Assembly (NCBI RefSeq): GCF_000025925.1
Contig: NC_014033.1
Location: 2,250,001-2,282,000 of the forward strand
DNA from: Xylanibacter ruminicola 23
GTDB taxonomy: Bacteria > Bacteroidota > Bacteroidia > Bacteroidales > Bacteroidaceae
Direction of reading: 5' to 3'
Length of the DNA stretch: 32,000 nucleotides
The notes beneath the pieces were generated by a model. It was given only the letters and a program-made list of their open reading frames with translations, was not told where the DNA came from and ran no database searches. Below, in pieces: positions 1 to 10,132 of this stretch (positions are counted from its first letter, which is position 1; every line of letters starts with the position of its first letter). The translations under genes were made by a program, and so were the position numbers.

Positions 1-766
1 AAACCAATGGCGGGAACGATGCCTTGACCGACTCGAGGAAAGCACCTGTAGAGGTGTTTATCAACTGCCCGTCGCGGATACTCTGGAATAGCTGTATCTG
101 CTCGTCGAGCCCCCTGTCGAGCCAACGGTGAATCATATCCACATCGTAGAAGTAGGTCCATGCCAGCAGACCACCCATCACGGCCAATACACTTACAAAC
201 TGCATGACAGGATTGAAATGCAGATGGTTATGGCACACGTGCGCAGCAACGGCAGCCACCAGCAGCAGGATGGTCATCACCACATCAAACGGCTTTACCC
301 CCAGTCGCGAGCGCCATCGCTCCGTTTGCCGCACCACCAGCACCAAGCCAGCAGCCACCACGGCACTGCAACCAATGTGCACAAGTGCCACCTCCAACCC
401 ACGGAACAGCATGGTGCCCAAGCCAGCATCCTGCCCCAGCACCAGATAGAACAGGTTTTCGAGAATAGAGAACCCGCCACCCACAGCAGCACCGCAGATA
501 ACGCTATCGATAAAGAACACCATACGCTTGCGCCCTGCCAGCACCAGTAGCGGCACAGCCTTCACCCCCTCCTCTACTACCGGGTGCGAGCCATCGGGCA
601 GCACCCCATCCAGCCAACTGAACAAGCCAAAGCACACCAGTGCCATGAGCATGCCACCCACCACCAACTGCAGTAGCCTACGCTTGTTTACAAGTGCGAA
701 ATGATCAATCTTGTAAACTACCAGTATATATATTATAATAGGTAATAGCGAAGCTACAAACTGCAT
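1..766 (-). CDS. PrsW-family intramembrane protease, N-terminal about 255 codons (gene continues past the left edge)
   Basis: Absent from the supplied ORF track because it is open at the window edge. My minus-strand translation from ATG 766-764 reads MQFVASLLPIIIYILVVYKIDHF...VVEEGVKAVPLLV...GGGFSILENLFY...AAHVCHNHLHF with no stops to position 1. It shows several hydrophobic helices plus EExxK and HxxxN motifs typical of PrsW-type proteases. The ATG overlaps the upstream stop (TAATG). Confidence 0.7.
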   Translation of the reverse strand, partial: MQFVASLLPIIIYILVVYKIDHFALVNKRRLLQLVVGGMLMALVCFGLFSWLDGVLPDGSHPVVEEGVKAVPLLVLAGRKRMVFFIDSVICGAAVGGGFSILENLFYLVLGQDAGLGTMLFRGLEVALVHIGCSAVVAAGLVLVVRQTERWRSRLGVKPFDVVMTILLLVAAVAAHVCHNHLHFNPVMQFVSVLAVMGGLLAWTYFYDVDMIHRWLDRGLDEQIQLFQSIRDGQLINTSTGAFLESVKASFPPLV

Positions 767-3753
767 TATAGTAATTTTAAGGATATCATTAACTCGTTGC
801 CATGCCTGCCGCCAGCAAAGCCCTCGGGGGCAAACAGGTGGCCTAAACCTACCGAGAGTGTCGTCTTCAGATAGTTCACAAACACCAGTTCGGTGCTCAG
901 CTGTAGGCCTGCACTATAATACATCTGATGCTTGGTACCAGGATTCCAGGCCGACAAGCCTGTACCGAAAAGCGAGCACTGTATCCACGTGGGATAGCAG
1001 AACAGGGCGCCGAAGTTGTTCAGTCGGATGGGGCGCAGGTTCAGCTCGGTAGTGGCTTTGGCATACGAGTGGGCCTGAATGGCATCGATGTCGGCACCTG
1101 GCATGGCCAGCGCAGTGCGATATTGGAAAGCATCGCGATAGTCCACACGGTTATTGCGGAATCCGCCCAGATAGGTATTGCCGAACACCGATTGGGCATC
1201 GCCGAAGTTATGCCCGGCAGCCGTACGCAGCCAGAAGGATGTGTTGCGGTCGAACGGCACCAACGTACCGAAATCGCCTGTGGCTTCGATGGATGGATAG
1301 AATGTGCCGCCAGCCAGATAGCCATAGCCGCTGATGCCGAGCTGGTAGCCCTGCTCGTCCATCACCCCGCCAAGCGACTTGCGCAGTTTGGATACTTTGC
1401 CGTAGATCGATGCTGTCTGCAGCGATTTCACGTCGTTCACCGCTATCTCCTGATACATGGGCAGTGCATCCATGTCGCCATAGGCATCCACCGAGAATCC
1501 CCACTCACGGGTGTAGGGGCTTATCATACTATTCGTATAATCGTACGACAGCCCCACCGTATAGCCCTTACGACTGGTACGTCTCGGACCGAACAGATCG
1601 TAAAAGTCGGTGTGGTTCCAAGCCGCCTTCAGCTTCCAGAAGTAGTATTGCCACTCCAGGTCGGCGTGCAAGCGGTTCTTCCAAGGGTTGTGGCTCCATG
1701 GCGATATGCCCAGCGAGAGACGGATACTGCTCAGTCCCACGGGGTCGTTCACGGCCAAGCGGTAGCCCAGCACCGGTGTAACATGATTCCAACTGTCGGC
1801 ATCGGTAAAGCCAGAGATGGTGGGATAAGCCCCTGCAAAGCGCATCTCCTTGAGCACATGGTAAGGGGTAATATGGTTGTAAACATCGCCAAACTCGATT
1901 CTGGGCAGCGAGTCGCGCAGCAAGCCCACCTGTTCAAGTGCGTCGCGGTTCTGTTCGTAGGCCGCCTGCCCGTACAGCTTTATGGCATTGGCATCGGTCA
2001 CCACCTGGCGTTTCAGTGTTACCGGTCGCATACCATCGCGCTCAAACTGCAGCGCCAGCAGCTGTCCGGGCTGTATTTCGAGCGGTGCAAACATACCTAT
2101 GTTGGCATTGGTAAGCATCTCCATCTGTCGGGTGGCGATGTTGATTTGCCAGAGGTTCGACACACCGGTGTAGTAGCTACTGCCCACGAGATACTGATCG
2201 TCGAGCGAAAAGCGGAACTGTCCCAGATTGGCATCGCGCCACGTCACCAGTTCTACCGGTTTGTAAATGGCCTGTTCAAACTCCTGGAGGTTAAACAGCA
2301 ACAGGGTGTGTTCGCCGTTGTCGCCCTGTCGGGTCATCGACAGCCAGGTGCCATCGTGACTCACATCGACATCAAACACACTCACGCCAAACGGGAATGC
2401 ATAGATGGGCTCGATGTTCTCCAGATTGCTATCCAAGCGCACCACCGTTTGTGTGCCGCCGTTTGATAGCAGTCCGTACAGGCAGTCGTGCGTGTTATCA
2501 TAAACGATGTTGCCGATACGCTGGTAATTCTTGCGCTTCACCACACGGTTCTGCTGCAGGTCGTACACCTCCAGTCCGCGCCATTTACCATTGTTGGTGG
2601 TATAGATGATGCGCTGATGGCGCGTGTCGAGAGCCACGTAGGCAGGATCGTAGAGCGTGGGGCCATTCAGGTTGTGCAGTTTGCGCTGCTTGCCTGTAGC
2701 CAGGTCGATTTCGGTGATATGAGCCAACTTGCCTGGGGCATTCATGGCTGCGTAGGCCTTCCCGCTCACAGAGTCGTAAACCAGCGGCGATACCGAGCCC
2801 AGCGGTTTGGATGTGACGGGCGTTGTGGGTGTGACGGGATACTGGCGGATGGCAGCCAGATTGGCCTGCTGATGGTGCTGTTCGTCCTGCTTCCAGTCGT
2901 CCCACACCTTGCGCAGCGGCTGACCGTAGATTTTCTTAAACTGACTACCGAAGAACGTGCGACTATCAGCCGTGCGATTGTAAAAGGCAATCAGTTTGTC
3001 GTAACCGTAGTTTTTGGTGAGATAGTTCACAAACCGCGTACCATACAGATAGGCGTTGGCCCCCACCTGGAAGTCCATGGTAGAGCCTTCGGTTTCGAGT
3101 CCCACCACCGAGAAGAGTTTTTCGCCATCGGCGATGATACTGCGAAAGTACATCTCGTCGTAGCCACCGAGTGCGCGCCCTACTCCTCCGCCAAGCCATG
3201 TTTCCATAAAACAGGCGATACCCTCGTGATACCAGCGGGGGGCATACCAGCGCGGCACGCACAGATAGCTCCACAGGGCCGAAATGGGTTGGGTATTATC
3301 CGTACACACCTTCGTACCAAACAAACTGCGCCAGTGCTTGTCGCGCAGATTGTATTTATCGGTCATCACGGTGTGGGTGTACTCATGCTTAAATAGCTGA
3401 CGGTAACGCTCGCCCGACGGCGCCACGTAGTACGACATGTTGAGCGGTGCCATACCAATCTGGATGAGCGACCGTGGCAGTGGCGTGGCTCCGCCGTTAC
3501 CATCGTCCTCCCAGTCGGTCAGCAGTAGCAGTGGCGCTTCAGACTGATAAACCGAGTCGGTGGTCCATATCTGCTGATGCAACGCCTTGCCCAACTGAAA
3601 GTTTCGCATCATGTGAGGAATGTAGCGCGACTGGTTCTTATCGAAGAACACCAGGGTAGCTTCATCGGTACGATACTGGAAATAAGTCTGATTCTGCCCC
3701 CGAGTCAACATCGGGAACAGAATCAGTATCAATAAGGCAATACGCTTATACAT
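766..3753 (-). CDS. Secreted/outer-membrane protein: N-terminal HExxH metallopeptidase-like domain, central TolB-like beta-propeller region, C-terminal Omp85-like beta-barrel (995 aa)
   Basis: ORF 766..3843. I place the start at Met31 (ATG 3753) because MYKRIALLILILFPMLTRGQ is a signal peptide. It has an FKHEYTHTV (HExxH) motif followed by WYHEGIACFME. The middle region has repeated propeller-like segments. The last ~370 aa show alternating hydrophobic strands (GYTVGLSYDY, GYQLGISGYGY, YYSAGLQLSTELVF). Confidence 0.6.
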   Translation of the reverse strand: MYKRIALLILILFPMLTRGQNQTYFQYRTDEATLVFFDKNQSRYIPHMMRNFQLGKALHQQIWTTDSVYQSEAPLLLLTDWEDDGNGGATPLPRSLIQIGMAPLNMSYYVAPSGERYRQLFKHEYTHTVMTDKYNLRDKHWRSLFGTKVCTDNTQPISALWSYLCVPRWYAPRWYHEGIACFMETWLGGGVGRALGGYDEMYFRSIIADGEKLFSVVGLETEGSTMDFQVGANAYLYGTRFVNYLTKNYGYDKLIAFYNRTADSRTFFGSQFKKIYGQPLRKVWDDWKQDEQHHQQANLAAIRQYPVTPTTPVTSKPLGSVSPLVYDSVSGKAYAAMNAPGKLAHITEIDLATGKQRKLHNLNGPTLYDPAYVALDTRHQRIIYTTNNGKWRGLEVYDLQQNRVVKRKNYQRIGNIVYDNTHDCLYGLLSNGGTQTVVRLDSNLENIEPIYAFPFGVSVFDVDVSHDGTWLSMTRQGDNGEHTLLLFNLQEFEQAIYKPVELVTWRDANLGQFRFSLDDQYLVGSSYYTGVSNLWQINIATRQMEMLTNANIGMFAPLEIQPGQLLALQFERDGMRPVTLKRQVVTDANAIKLYGQAAYEQNRDALEQVGLLRDSLPRIEFGDVYNHITPYHVLKEMRFAGAYPTISGFTDADSWNHVTPVLGYRLAVNDPVGLSSIRLSLGISPWSHNPWKNRLHADLEWQYYFWKLKAAWNHTDFYDLFGPRRTSRKGYTVGLSYDYTNSMISPYTREWGFSVDAYGDMDALPMYQEIAVNDVKSLQTASIYGKVSKLRKSLGGVMDEQGYQLGISGYGYLAGGTFYPSIEATGDFGTLVPFDRNTSFWLRTAAGHNFGDAQSVFGNTYLGGFRNNRVDYRDAFQYRTALAMPGADIDAIQAHSYAKATTELNLRPIRLNNFGALFCYPTWIQCSLFGTGLSAWNPGTKHQMYYSAGLQLSTELVFVNYLKTTLSVGLGHLFAPEGFAGGRHGNELMISLKLL

Positions 3754-3781
3754 GCTATGATTGCGCACCGTATTGTTAGTT

Positions 3782-4747
3782 CTACTTTTCTTTTGGGGGA
3801 TATTTAGGCTTCCTACCCAGAGCCGTTTGCCCGATAAAGCCATTAAGTTGGTTAGGCAGTTTAAAATTCAAAGCAGCGTTAGTCTGATTCATCAGGGCTG
3901 TATTCAAGAAGTACACATTCAGTTTTTCACTGTTACAGAAAATGCCCAGTTTCTCGCTATTTGTAACACGACCAGCAAGTACCATATTCAGATTAGTACT
4001 CAAATTGAGCTTATTGCAAATCATTGTGTTCAGGCGCATCACCTTCTGTGTAGCATCGGCATGGGCACCGAGTGCGGCCTCGGCCTTTTCTGATGTCAGC
4101 AGGTAGCCCTTTTCGTCAAGTGCCTTTGCATCTTCTTTATTAGCTTCGAGAGCAGCGGTCAGCTTCTGATAGTCAACCCACTGGTCGCGCACCAGCTTCA
4201 ACTGGTCGCTACCCTTGGCATTGGCCAGATACTTGTCGGTAGTCTCGATAAACTGGTCGGCCAGTGCATTCTGCTTCTGCAGCTGGGTGTAGGCCAGCGA
4301 GGCATTGATGGTGTTCTGTGTCAGTTCGGGGCATTCCTCACCACTCAGAGCTTTTTCCATTTGCTTGCCAACATCGTTCAGCTGTGCATTCACATTGTTA
4401 ACCATTTTGCCAATCCCATTCATCTTCTGAATCAGCGGTGCATACTCGGGAATCTTGCCAGCCACCTGGTTCGACAGGTCAACCAGACTGGCAAACTGCT
4501 CAGAGCGTAACTGCATCAAAGCATAAGACATCACCATCCCTTCCTGATAATCTGAATCGGTCCTCAGCAACTCTTCCATATTAGTTAGCTTCTCGGCGTC
4601 GGCGTCACGAGAGAAACGGGCCACCTTACCAATGTCGCCTTCGGTCTTACTAACGTCAACGGGCCAATTGATTGAATTCGACAACACAAATCCAGCAACA
4701 ACGACTACTGCTGCAACACTTAGGATAATTAACGTTTTTTTCTTCAT
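3782..4747 (-). CDS. Hypothetical membrane-anchored, helix-rich protein (321 aa)
   Basis: ORF with N-terminal anchor MKKKTLIILSVAAVVVVAGFVL. The rest is Q/N/K/E/A-rich and helix-like. I recognise no catalytic motif. It is the first gene of the minus-strand operon. Confidence 0.6.
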   Translation of the reverse strand: MKKKTLIILSVAAVVVVAGFVLSNSINWPVDVSKTEGDIGKVARFSRDADAEKLTNMEELLRTDSDYQEGMVMSYALMQLRSEQFASLVDLSNQVAGKIPEYAPLIQKMNGIGKMVNNVNAQLNDVGKQMEKALSGEECPELTQNTINASLAYTQLQKQNALADQFIETTDKYLANAKGSDQLKLVRDQWVDYQKLTAALEANKEDAKALDEKGYLLTSEKAEAALGAHADATQKVMRLNTMICNKLNLSTNLNMVLAGRVTNSEKLGIFCNSEKLNVYFLNTALMNQTNAALNFKLPNQLNGFIGQTALGRKPKYPPKEK

Positions 4748-4775
4748 AACAATATTGCTTTAGGTTATATGGCTG

Positions 4776-4783
4776 CAAATTTA
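4776..4783 (-). promoter_or_regulatory. Bacteroidota -7 promoter box (TAaaTTTG on minus strand) for the 4747..1 operon
   Basis: Plus strand caaattta equals minus-strand TAAATTTG. It lies ~30 nt upstream of ATG 4747. Confidence 0.5.
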
Positions 4784-5084
4784 AGCAAAAAAATAATACG
4801 GTGCAAGTTTTTTAGGAAAATTACACCTTATTATATATAATATGGATGCATATGCATTTATTCATGCATATTATCTGCATAAAACCAATAGGCATAGTAA
4901 GAGTTTAAGCCGATAAAAACAGAAAATGAAAGCAAATATTGCGTTTAACTTTCAGATTGTAATTAAAAAGCATTTTTATACTTTTTGATTGACATAAATC
5001 AAGCCACCAAGAATAAAAATGCAAAATTTAGGGTCGAAGTGTGATTTTTTTATAATTTTATTTGTTTTTTAGACTTATATACCA

Positions 5085-5092
5085 TAATTTTG
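5085..5092 (+). promoter_or_regulatory. -7 promoter box TAatTTTG of susC-like unit 1
   Basis: The context is cataattttgcacc, ~55 nt upstream of ATG 5146. The same box context (TAnnTTTGCA) occurs upstream of units 2 and 3. Confidence 0.55.
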
Positions 5093-5145
5093 CACCTTAT
5101 CAGAGTTAATATTACAAACGTATAATTAAACAAGAGAGTGAATTT

Positions 5146-8100
5146 ATGAAAAAAAGTCTAACAATGTTGATGGTCAGCCTTTTCCTGTTTGTAGGAACAG
5201 CGCTGGCACAGACTAAGATTACTGGTACGGTGCTCTCACAAGAGGACGGTCAGCCCATTATCGGTGCTGCCGTTAAAGTTGTTGGCACAAGTACTGGTAT
5301 GTTGACAGATGTAAACGGTAAGTTCTCACTGACACTGCCAGAGGGTAAGAAGTCACTGACGATTTCTTATCTTGGCTTTGAGAGCAAGACTGTAAACGCC
5401 AAGAACGGTATGCGCGTTTTCCTGAAGGCCGACGCACAGGTTGTTGACGAGGTTATCGTAGTAGCCTTCGGTCAGCAGAAGAAGTCAGCGTTCACAGGTT
5501 CAGCTGCAGTAGTAAACTCAGAAGACCTGAAGAAGCACACCGTATCTAACGTAACCAACGCACTTGCCGGTTCGGTAGCAGGTTTGCAGTTGCGTGGTGG
5601 TTCTGGTGCCCCTGGTGCCGGCAATGCCGAAATCAGCATCCGTGGTATCAGCTCGCTTTATAGCGAAACCACCCCACTTGTTATCGTTGATGGTGCACCT
5701 TATCCCGCATCACTGAGCAATATTCCTGCCGAGGATATCGAGTCGGTATCAGTTCTGAAGGATGCTGCCAGTGCAGCTCTGTATGGTGCCCGTGGTTCGA
5801 GTGGTGTAATCATCATCACCACCAAGAAGGGGCAGAAGGATCAGACCAAGATTAATGTAGATGTAAAATGGGGTGCTAACAGCCGCGCCGTTCAGGAGTA
5901 CGATAAGATTACCGATCCAGCTCAGTTCTACGAGGCTTACTACTCTCAGCTCTACAACTATGGCTACTATGGCCAGGGCATGAGCAACGCTGCCGCCAAC
6001 CAGTGGGCCAACAGCACCATGCTGAATCACCTGGGTTACAATATCTACACAGTGCCCGAGGGCCAGCAGCTCATCGGTCTTGATGGTAAGATTAACCCTT
6101 CAGCCACATTGGGCCGTAAGTACACCGACGAGAACACTGGTGAGACTTACTACATGACTAGCGACGATTGGGCCGATGCTGCTTACAAGACAGCCCTGCG
6201 CCAGGAGTACAACGTAAGCATCTCGTCTGGTAACGAGAAGGCTAGCTTCTACGCCAGTCTGGGTCACCTTGACGAGGATGGTATCATCGAGTACTCAAGC
6301 TACAAGCGTACCACAGCCCGTATCAAGGCCGACTATCAGGTTAAGCCTTGGATGAAGCTGGCTGCCAACGTTGGTTATGTACACTCTAAACAGTACAGTA
6401 ACCCTAACATGAGCACTGACTGGGGTTCTACTAACTTGATGTACTACACATCTTACATTGCACCTATCTATCCTATCTACGTACGCGTGATCGACCCAGC
6501 AACAGGTCAGCCAGTGATCCGTACCGACGAGAACGGCAATCCACACTACGACTATGGTGTGCCAGGTACTAACTATCATGGTGCCAGCCGTGGATTCCTG
6601 CAGACAGGTAACCCACTTGGTTCAAACCGCTACAACGAGACTTACAACATCGGCAACCAGCTGAATGGTAACTTCTCATTGGATATCAACATTCTGAAGA
6701 ACCTGAAGTTCAACGCCACCAGCACTATCATTCTGGGTCAGACCTCATACTCTTGGTACGACAACGCCCTTTACGGACCAAAGGTTGTAGCTAACGGTGA
6801 GTTGAAGAAGGAGCAGATCAACACCCTTCGCCAGAACCACGTTCAGACACTGACTTATGCTCAGGACTTCGGTCTGCATAGCGTTACATTGATGGCAGGT
6901 CACGAGTACTGGAATCAGACTTCACGCGACCTCACTGGTCTTGCTCAGGGTGGATTCAGCGCAGATATTAAGGAACTGAATGCTTTTGCCGGTAAGAACC
7001 AGGCACAGGTAACCAGCTACACCAACGAGTACAACGTTGAAGGTTACTTTGCTAACGCTCAGTACAGCTACGACGACAAGTACTTCGGAAGCGCTTCATT
7101 CCGTCGTGATGCTTCTTCACGCTTTGCCAAGGATAAACGTTGGGGTTCATTCTGGTCAGTAGGTGGTGCATGGATCATCTCTAAGGAGAAGTTTATGCAG
7201 AGCACTAAGGGCTGGTTGGATATGCTGAAGATTAAGGCCTCTATCGGACAGCAGGGTAATGATAACACTTCGAGCTTTGCTTATGTAGATACCTACTCAC
7301 TGACTCCTGCTTCATCTACTCAGATGTCGCCTTCATTCCGTCAGATTGGTAACCCCGACATCACATGGGAGACCCTGACCAACGCCAACATCGGTCTTGA
7401 GTTCGGTTTGTTCAAGAACCGCATCCAGGGTAGCATCGACTTCTACTACAAGAAGACTACCGACCTGCTGTTCTGGCTGTCAATTCCTGAGTCTGCAGGT
7501 ACACGTGGTTACTATGGTAACGTAGGTGACATCCGCAACCAGGGTATCGAGTTCAGCCTCACTGCCAATATCATCCGCAGCAAGCTGGTTGACTGGAGTG
7601 TATCAGCCAACATTTCTCACAACGCAACTAAGATTCTGAGTCTGCCTGATTCAAAGATTGGTGAGAACGGTGGTTTCTACGAGAGCAACTACTGGTACAC
7701 CGTAGGTGGCCCATTGAACAACTATATGAACTATGCTTATGCAGGTGTTAACGACAAGGGTGAGGCCCTGTACTACTACGATGAGGATCTGAGTCCTGCT
7801 GGTGGTAAGGTTTCAACCAACGTTATCAGCAAGCCTGGTACCAAGAAGAGCGGCACTACAACCCTGATTGGTGAGGCTTCGCGTTACACCGACAACGGCT
7901 CTACCCTGCCAAAGGCATTCGGTGGATTCAGCTCTAACCTGCGTGTAGGCGACTTCGATGCTTCGGTATCATTCGACTATCAGATTGGTGGTAAGGTTTA
8001 CGATTCAGGCTATGCTAAGCTGATGACTCCTGCCAGCTCTTCTTCTGATGCTGGTTACAACTACCACAAGGACATCCTGAAGGCATGGTCGCCCACCAAC

Positions 8101-8403
8101 ACCAACAGCGACATTCCTCGTTTCCAGTATGGCGACCAGTACTCTGCCTACAGTTCTGACCGTTGGCTCACCAATGCCAGCTATCTGAACTTCCAGTCGT
8201 TCACTGTTGGCTACACAGTACCTAAGAAGCTCGTTACCCCACTTGGCATCAGCAACATCCGCGTTTATGCTGCGGGCGAGAACCTCTGCTTCTGGTCAGC
8301 TCGTAAGGGCTTCGACCCACGCTACTCTTACAAGAGCACAGCTTCTACCAACGTTTATTCACCTGTACGCACAATCTCAGGTGGTGTTCAGCTGACATTC
8401 TAA
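5146..8403 (+). CDS. SusC/RagA-family TonB-dependent outer-membrane transporter (unit 1, 1085 aa)
   Basis: It has a signal peptide, then a carboxypeptidase-regulatory-like N-domain (TGTVLSQEDGQPIIGAAVKVVGTSTG), a TonB box/plug region (DEVIVVAFG...), and a terminal ...GGVQLTF. A susD-like gene follows directly. Confidence 0.95.
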   Translation: MKKSLTMLMVSLFLFVGTALAQTKITGTVLSQEDGQPIIGAAVKVVGTSTGMLTDVNGKFSLTLPEGKKSLTISYLGFESKTVNAKNGMRVFLKADAQVVDEVIVVAFGQQKKSAFTGSAAVVNSEDLKKHTVSNVTNALAGSVAGLQLRGGSGAPGAGNAEISIRGISSLYSETTPLVIVDGAPYPASLSNIPAEDIESVSVLKDAASAALYGARGSSGVIIITTKKGQKDQTKINVDVKWGANSRAVQEYDKITDPAQFYEAYYSQLYNYGYYGQGMSNAAANQWANSTMLNHLGYNIYTVPEGQQLIGLDGKINPSATLGRKYTDENTGETYYMTSDDWADAAYKTALRQEYNVSISSGNEKASFYASLGHLDEDGIIEYSSYKRTTARIKADYQVKPWMKLAANVGYVHSKQYSNPNMSTDWGSTNLMYYTSYIAPIYPIYVRVIDPATGQPVIRTDENGNPHYDYGVPGTNYHGASRGFLQTGNPLGSNRYNETYNIGNQLNGNFSLDINILKNLKFNATSTIILGQTSYSWYDNALYGPKVVANGELKKEQINTLRQNHVQTLTYAQDFGLHSVTLMAGHEYWNQTSRDLTGLAQGGFSADIKELNAFAGKNQAQVTSYTNEYNVEGYFANAQYSYDDKYFGSASFRRDASSRFAKDKRWGSFWSVGGAWIISKEKFMQSTKGWLDMLKIKASIGQQGNDNTSSFAYVDTYSLTPASSTQMSPSFRQIGNPDITWETLTNANIGLEFGLFKNRIQGSIDFYYKKTTDLLFWLSIPESAGTRGYYGNVGDIRNQGIEFSLTANIIRSKLVDWSVSANISHNATKILSLPDSKIGENGGFYESNYWYTVGGPLNNYMNYAYAGVNDKGEALYYYDEDLSPAGGKVSTNVISKPGTKKSGTTTLIGEASRYTDNGSTLPKAFGGFSSNLRVGDFDASVSFDYQIGGKVYDSGYAKLMTPASSSSDAGYNYHKDILKAWSPTNTNSDIPRFQYGDQYSAYSSDRWLTNASYLNFQSFTVGYTVPKKLVTPLGISNIRVYAAGENLCFWSARKGFDPRYSYKSTASTNVYSPVRTISGGVQLTF

Positions 8404-8423
8404 ATTATAAAGGAGAGAAGAAT

Positions 8424-10109
8424 ATGAAAAATAAGATATTATCAATCATAGCAGCTGGCGCACTGATGACAGGCGCAACAAGCTGTATCAAGGAGATTGA
8501 CCCACAGACAAGTTACGCCACAAAGGATCAGGTGGCTAACGCTCCAGGTGCTTTCGACAACGCCGTTAGCGCCATCACATCAACACTCGCCGGACAGTTT
8601 GTTTACGACAGTGGCGACACTCGTGCTAACGACTTCGGACTGCCTGCATTCTTCCTGATGCGCGACGTTTCTGGTCAGGACATTGCTTATCCATACATCA
8701 ACTGGTTTGGTGCTTGGTATGGTGCCGACCACCTGGGTCCAAGCTGGGCTAACTCACAGTACCCCTGGACTTACTACTTTAAGTGGATTAAGAGCTGTAA
8801 CGAGGTTATCTCGCTGGCTGGCGAGGAACCCGATGCCGATAAGAAGGCTGGCGCAGGTCGCGCTTACTTCTATCGCGCATACTTCTATCTCGATCTGGCC
8901 CGCATGTTCGCTCAGAAGCCTTATGGTGCTGACAAGAATTCGGAGACAGTTCCCATCGTGACAGAGAAGACAGCTGTTGCCGACCTGGCAAACAACCCAC
9001 GTGCCACTAACGAGGAGATGTATCAGTTCATCCTGAGCGACCTCGACAAGGCCGAGGAATATCTGGCTGGTTACAAACGCGAGAACAAGTATGTACCCGA
9101 TCAGAGCGTCGTTTACGGTATGAAGGCCCGTGTATATCTTGACATGCAGGATTGGGCAAATGCCGAGGCTTATGCCAAGAAGGCTCAGACAGGTTATACG
9201 CTGATGAGTGCCGACGAGTACACCGATCAGGAAACTGGTTTCAACACACCTAACGGTGCCTGGATGCTGGGACTTACCTATAAGAGCGACGATCCTAACA
9301 TCACTAAGAACGACGGTGACTCAAGCTGGGGTTCAATGATGTGTATCGAGATCGACCCTGTAGCTTCTGGTTGCGGTTACGCAGCTAACTACGGTCAGCC
9401 ATTCTGCATCGACTACCACTTGTATCAGACAATCCCTGCAACCGACTGCCGCAAGAAGTGCTACGTTGACTTTGCTATCGACGATATGGCCACTCGTGCC
9501 GAGAAGTTAGAGGCCCTCTCTGCTTACAGTGCACACCCCGATTGGCTGCTCGATGGTTCAGGTACAGCCGCTCATGGTAGAGGTTACATCTATACCGTTG
9601 GTGGTCTGCCTCTGAAGTTCCGTGTTGCCGGTGGCGAGGCTGGTCGTGCTAACCAGTACATCGGTTGGGTAGTAGCAGTACCTATGATGCGCGTAGAGGA
9701 GATGTACCTGATTGAAGCCGAGGCTGCTGGTATGCAGAACGAGGCTCGTGGTATCGAGTTGCTGACCAAGTTTGCTAAGACTCGCGACGCCAACTACGAG
9801 TATGGCACTCACAACGAGGCTTACTACAACACCTCTACCTCTAAGTTCCAGAACGAGTGCTGGTGGCAGCGTCGTGTTGAGTTCTGGGGCGAGGGCTTGG
9901 CTACATTCGACATCAAGCGCCTCCAGAAGGGTATCATCCGTAGCTATGCAGGTACAAACCACGCCGACCAGTACCAGTGGAACGTAGAGACCACTCCAGA
10001 ATGGATGAATCTGTGTATCGTACAGACAGAGACTAACTACAACAATGCTTGTACCAACAACCCAGAGCCAATTGCTCCATCAGGAAACTCTGCTCCATAC
10101 GCTTGGTAA
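8424..10109 (+). CDS. SusD/RagB-family outer-membrane lipoprotein (unit 1, 561 aa)
   Basis: It has a lipobox (LMTGATSC), sits 20 nt after susC, and has SusD-like TPR-type helices (RAYFYRAYFYLDLARMF, EEMYLIEAEA). Confidence 0.9.
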   Translation: MKNKILSIIAAGALMTGATSCIKEIDPQTSYATKDQVANAPGAFDNAVSAITSTLAGQFVYDSGDTRANDFGLPAFFLMRDVSGQDIAYPYINWFGAWYGADHLGPSWANSQYPWTYYFKWIKSCNEVISLAGEEPDADKKAGAGRAYFYRAYFYLDLARMFAQKPYGADKNSETVPIVTEKTAVADLANNPRATNEEMYQFILSDLDKAEEYLAGYKRENKYVPDQSVVYGMKARVYLDMQDWANAEAYAKKAQTGYTLMSADEYTDQETGFNTPNGAWMLGLTYKSDDPNITKNDGDSSWGSMMCIEIDPVASGCGYAANYGQPFCIDYHLYQTIPATDCRKKCYVDFAIDDMATRAEKLEALSAYSAHPDWLLDGSGTAAHGRGYIYTVGGLPLKFRVAGGEAGRANQYIGWVVAVPMMRVEEMYLIEAEAAGMQNEARGIELLTKFAKTRDANYEYGTHNEAYYNTSTSKFQNECWWQRRVEFWGEGLATFDIKRLQKGIIRSYAGTNHADQYQWNVETTPEWMNLCIVQTETNYNNACTNNPEPIAPSGNSAPYAW

Positions 10110-10132
10110 TTCATGTTATAACCACTTAAAAG

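Noticed and set aside
128-550. 140-aa His/Gln-rich plus-strand ORF, with overlapping 81-aa and 65-aa ORFs
   Set aside because: It has low-complexity, implausible composition. It lies antisense to a clean, motif-bearing PrsW-family reading frame that is open across 1-766 on the minus strand.
928-3396. Long plus-strand ORFs (512 aa and 302 aa) inside 766-3753
   Set aside because: They are antisense shadow ORFs of the 995-aa minus-strand gene. They are Arg/Ala/Gly/His-rich, have no motifs, and have no promoter context.
3754-3843. 30-codon N-terminal extension of the 1025-aa ORF
   Set aside because: The extension would overlap the upstream gene's 3' end and would bury the obvious signal peptide that begins at Met31 (ATG 3753).
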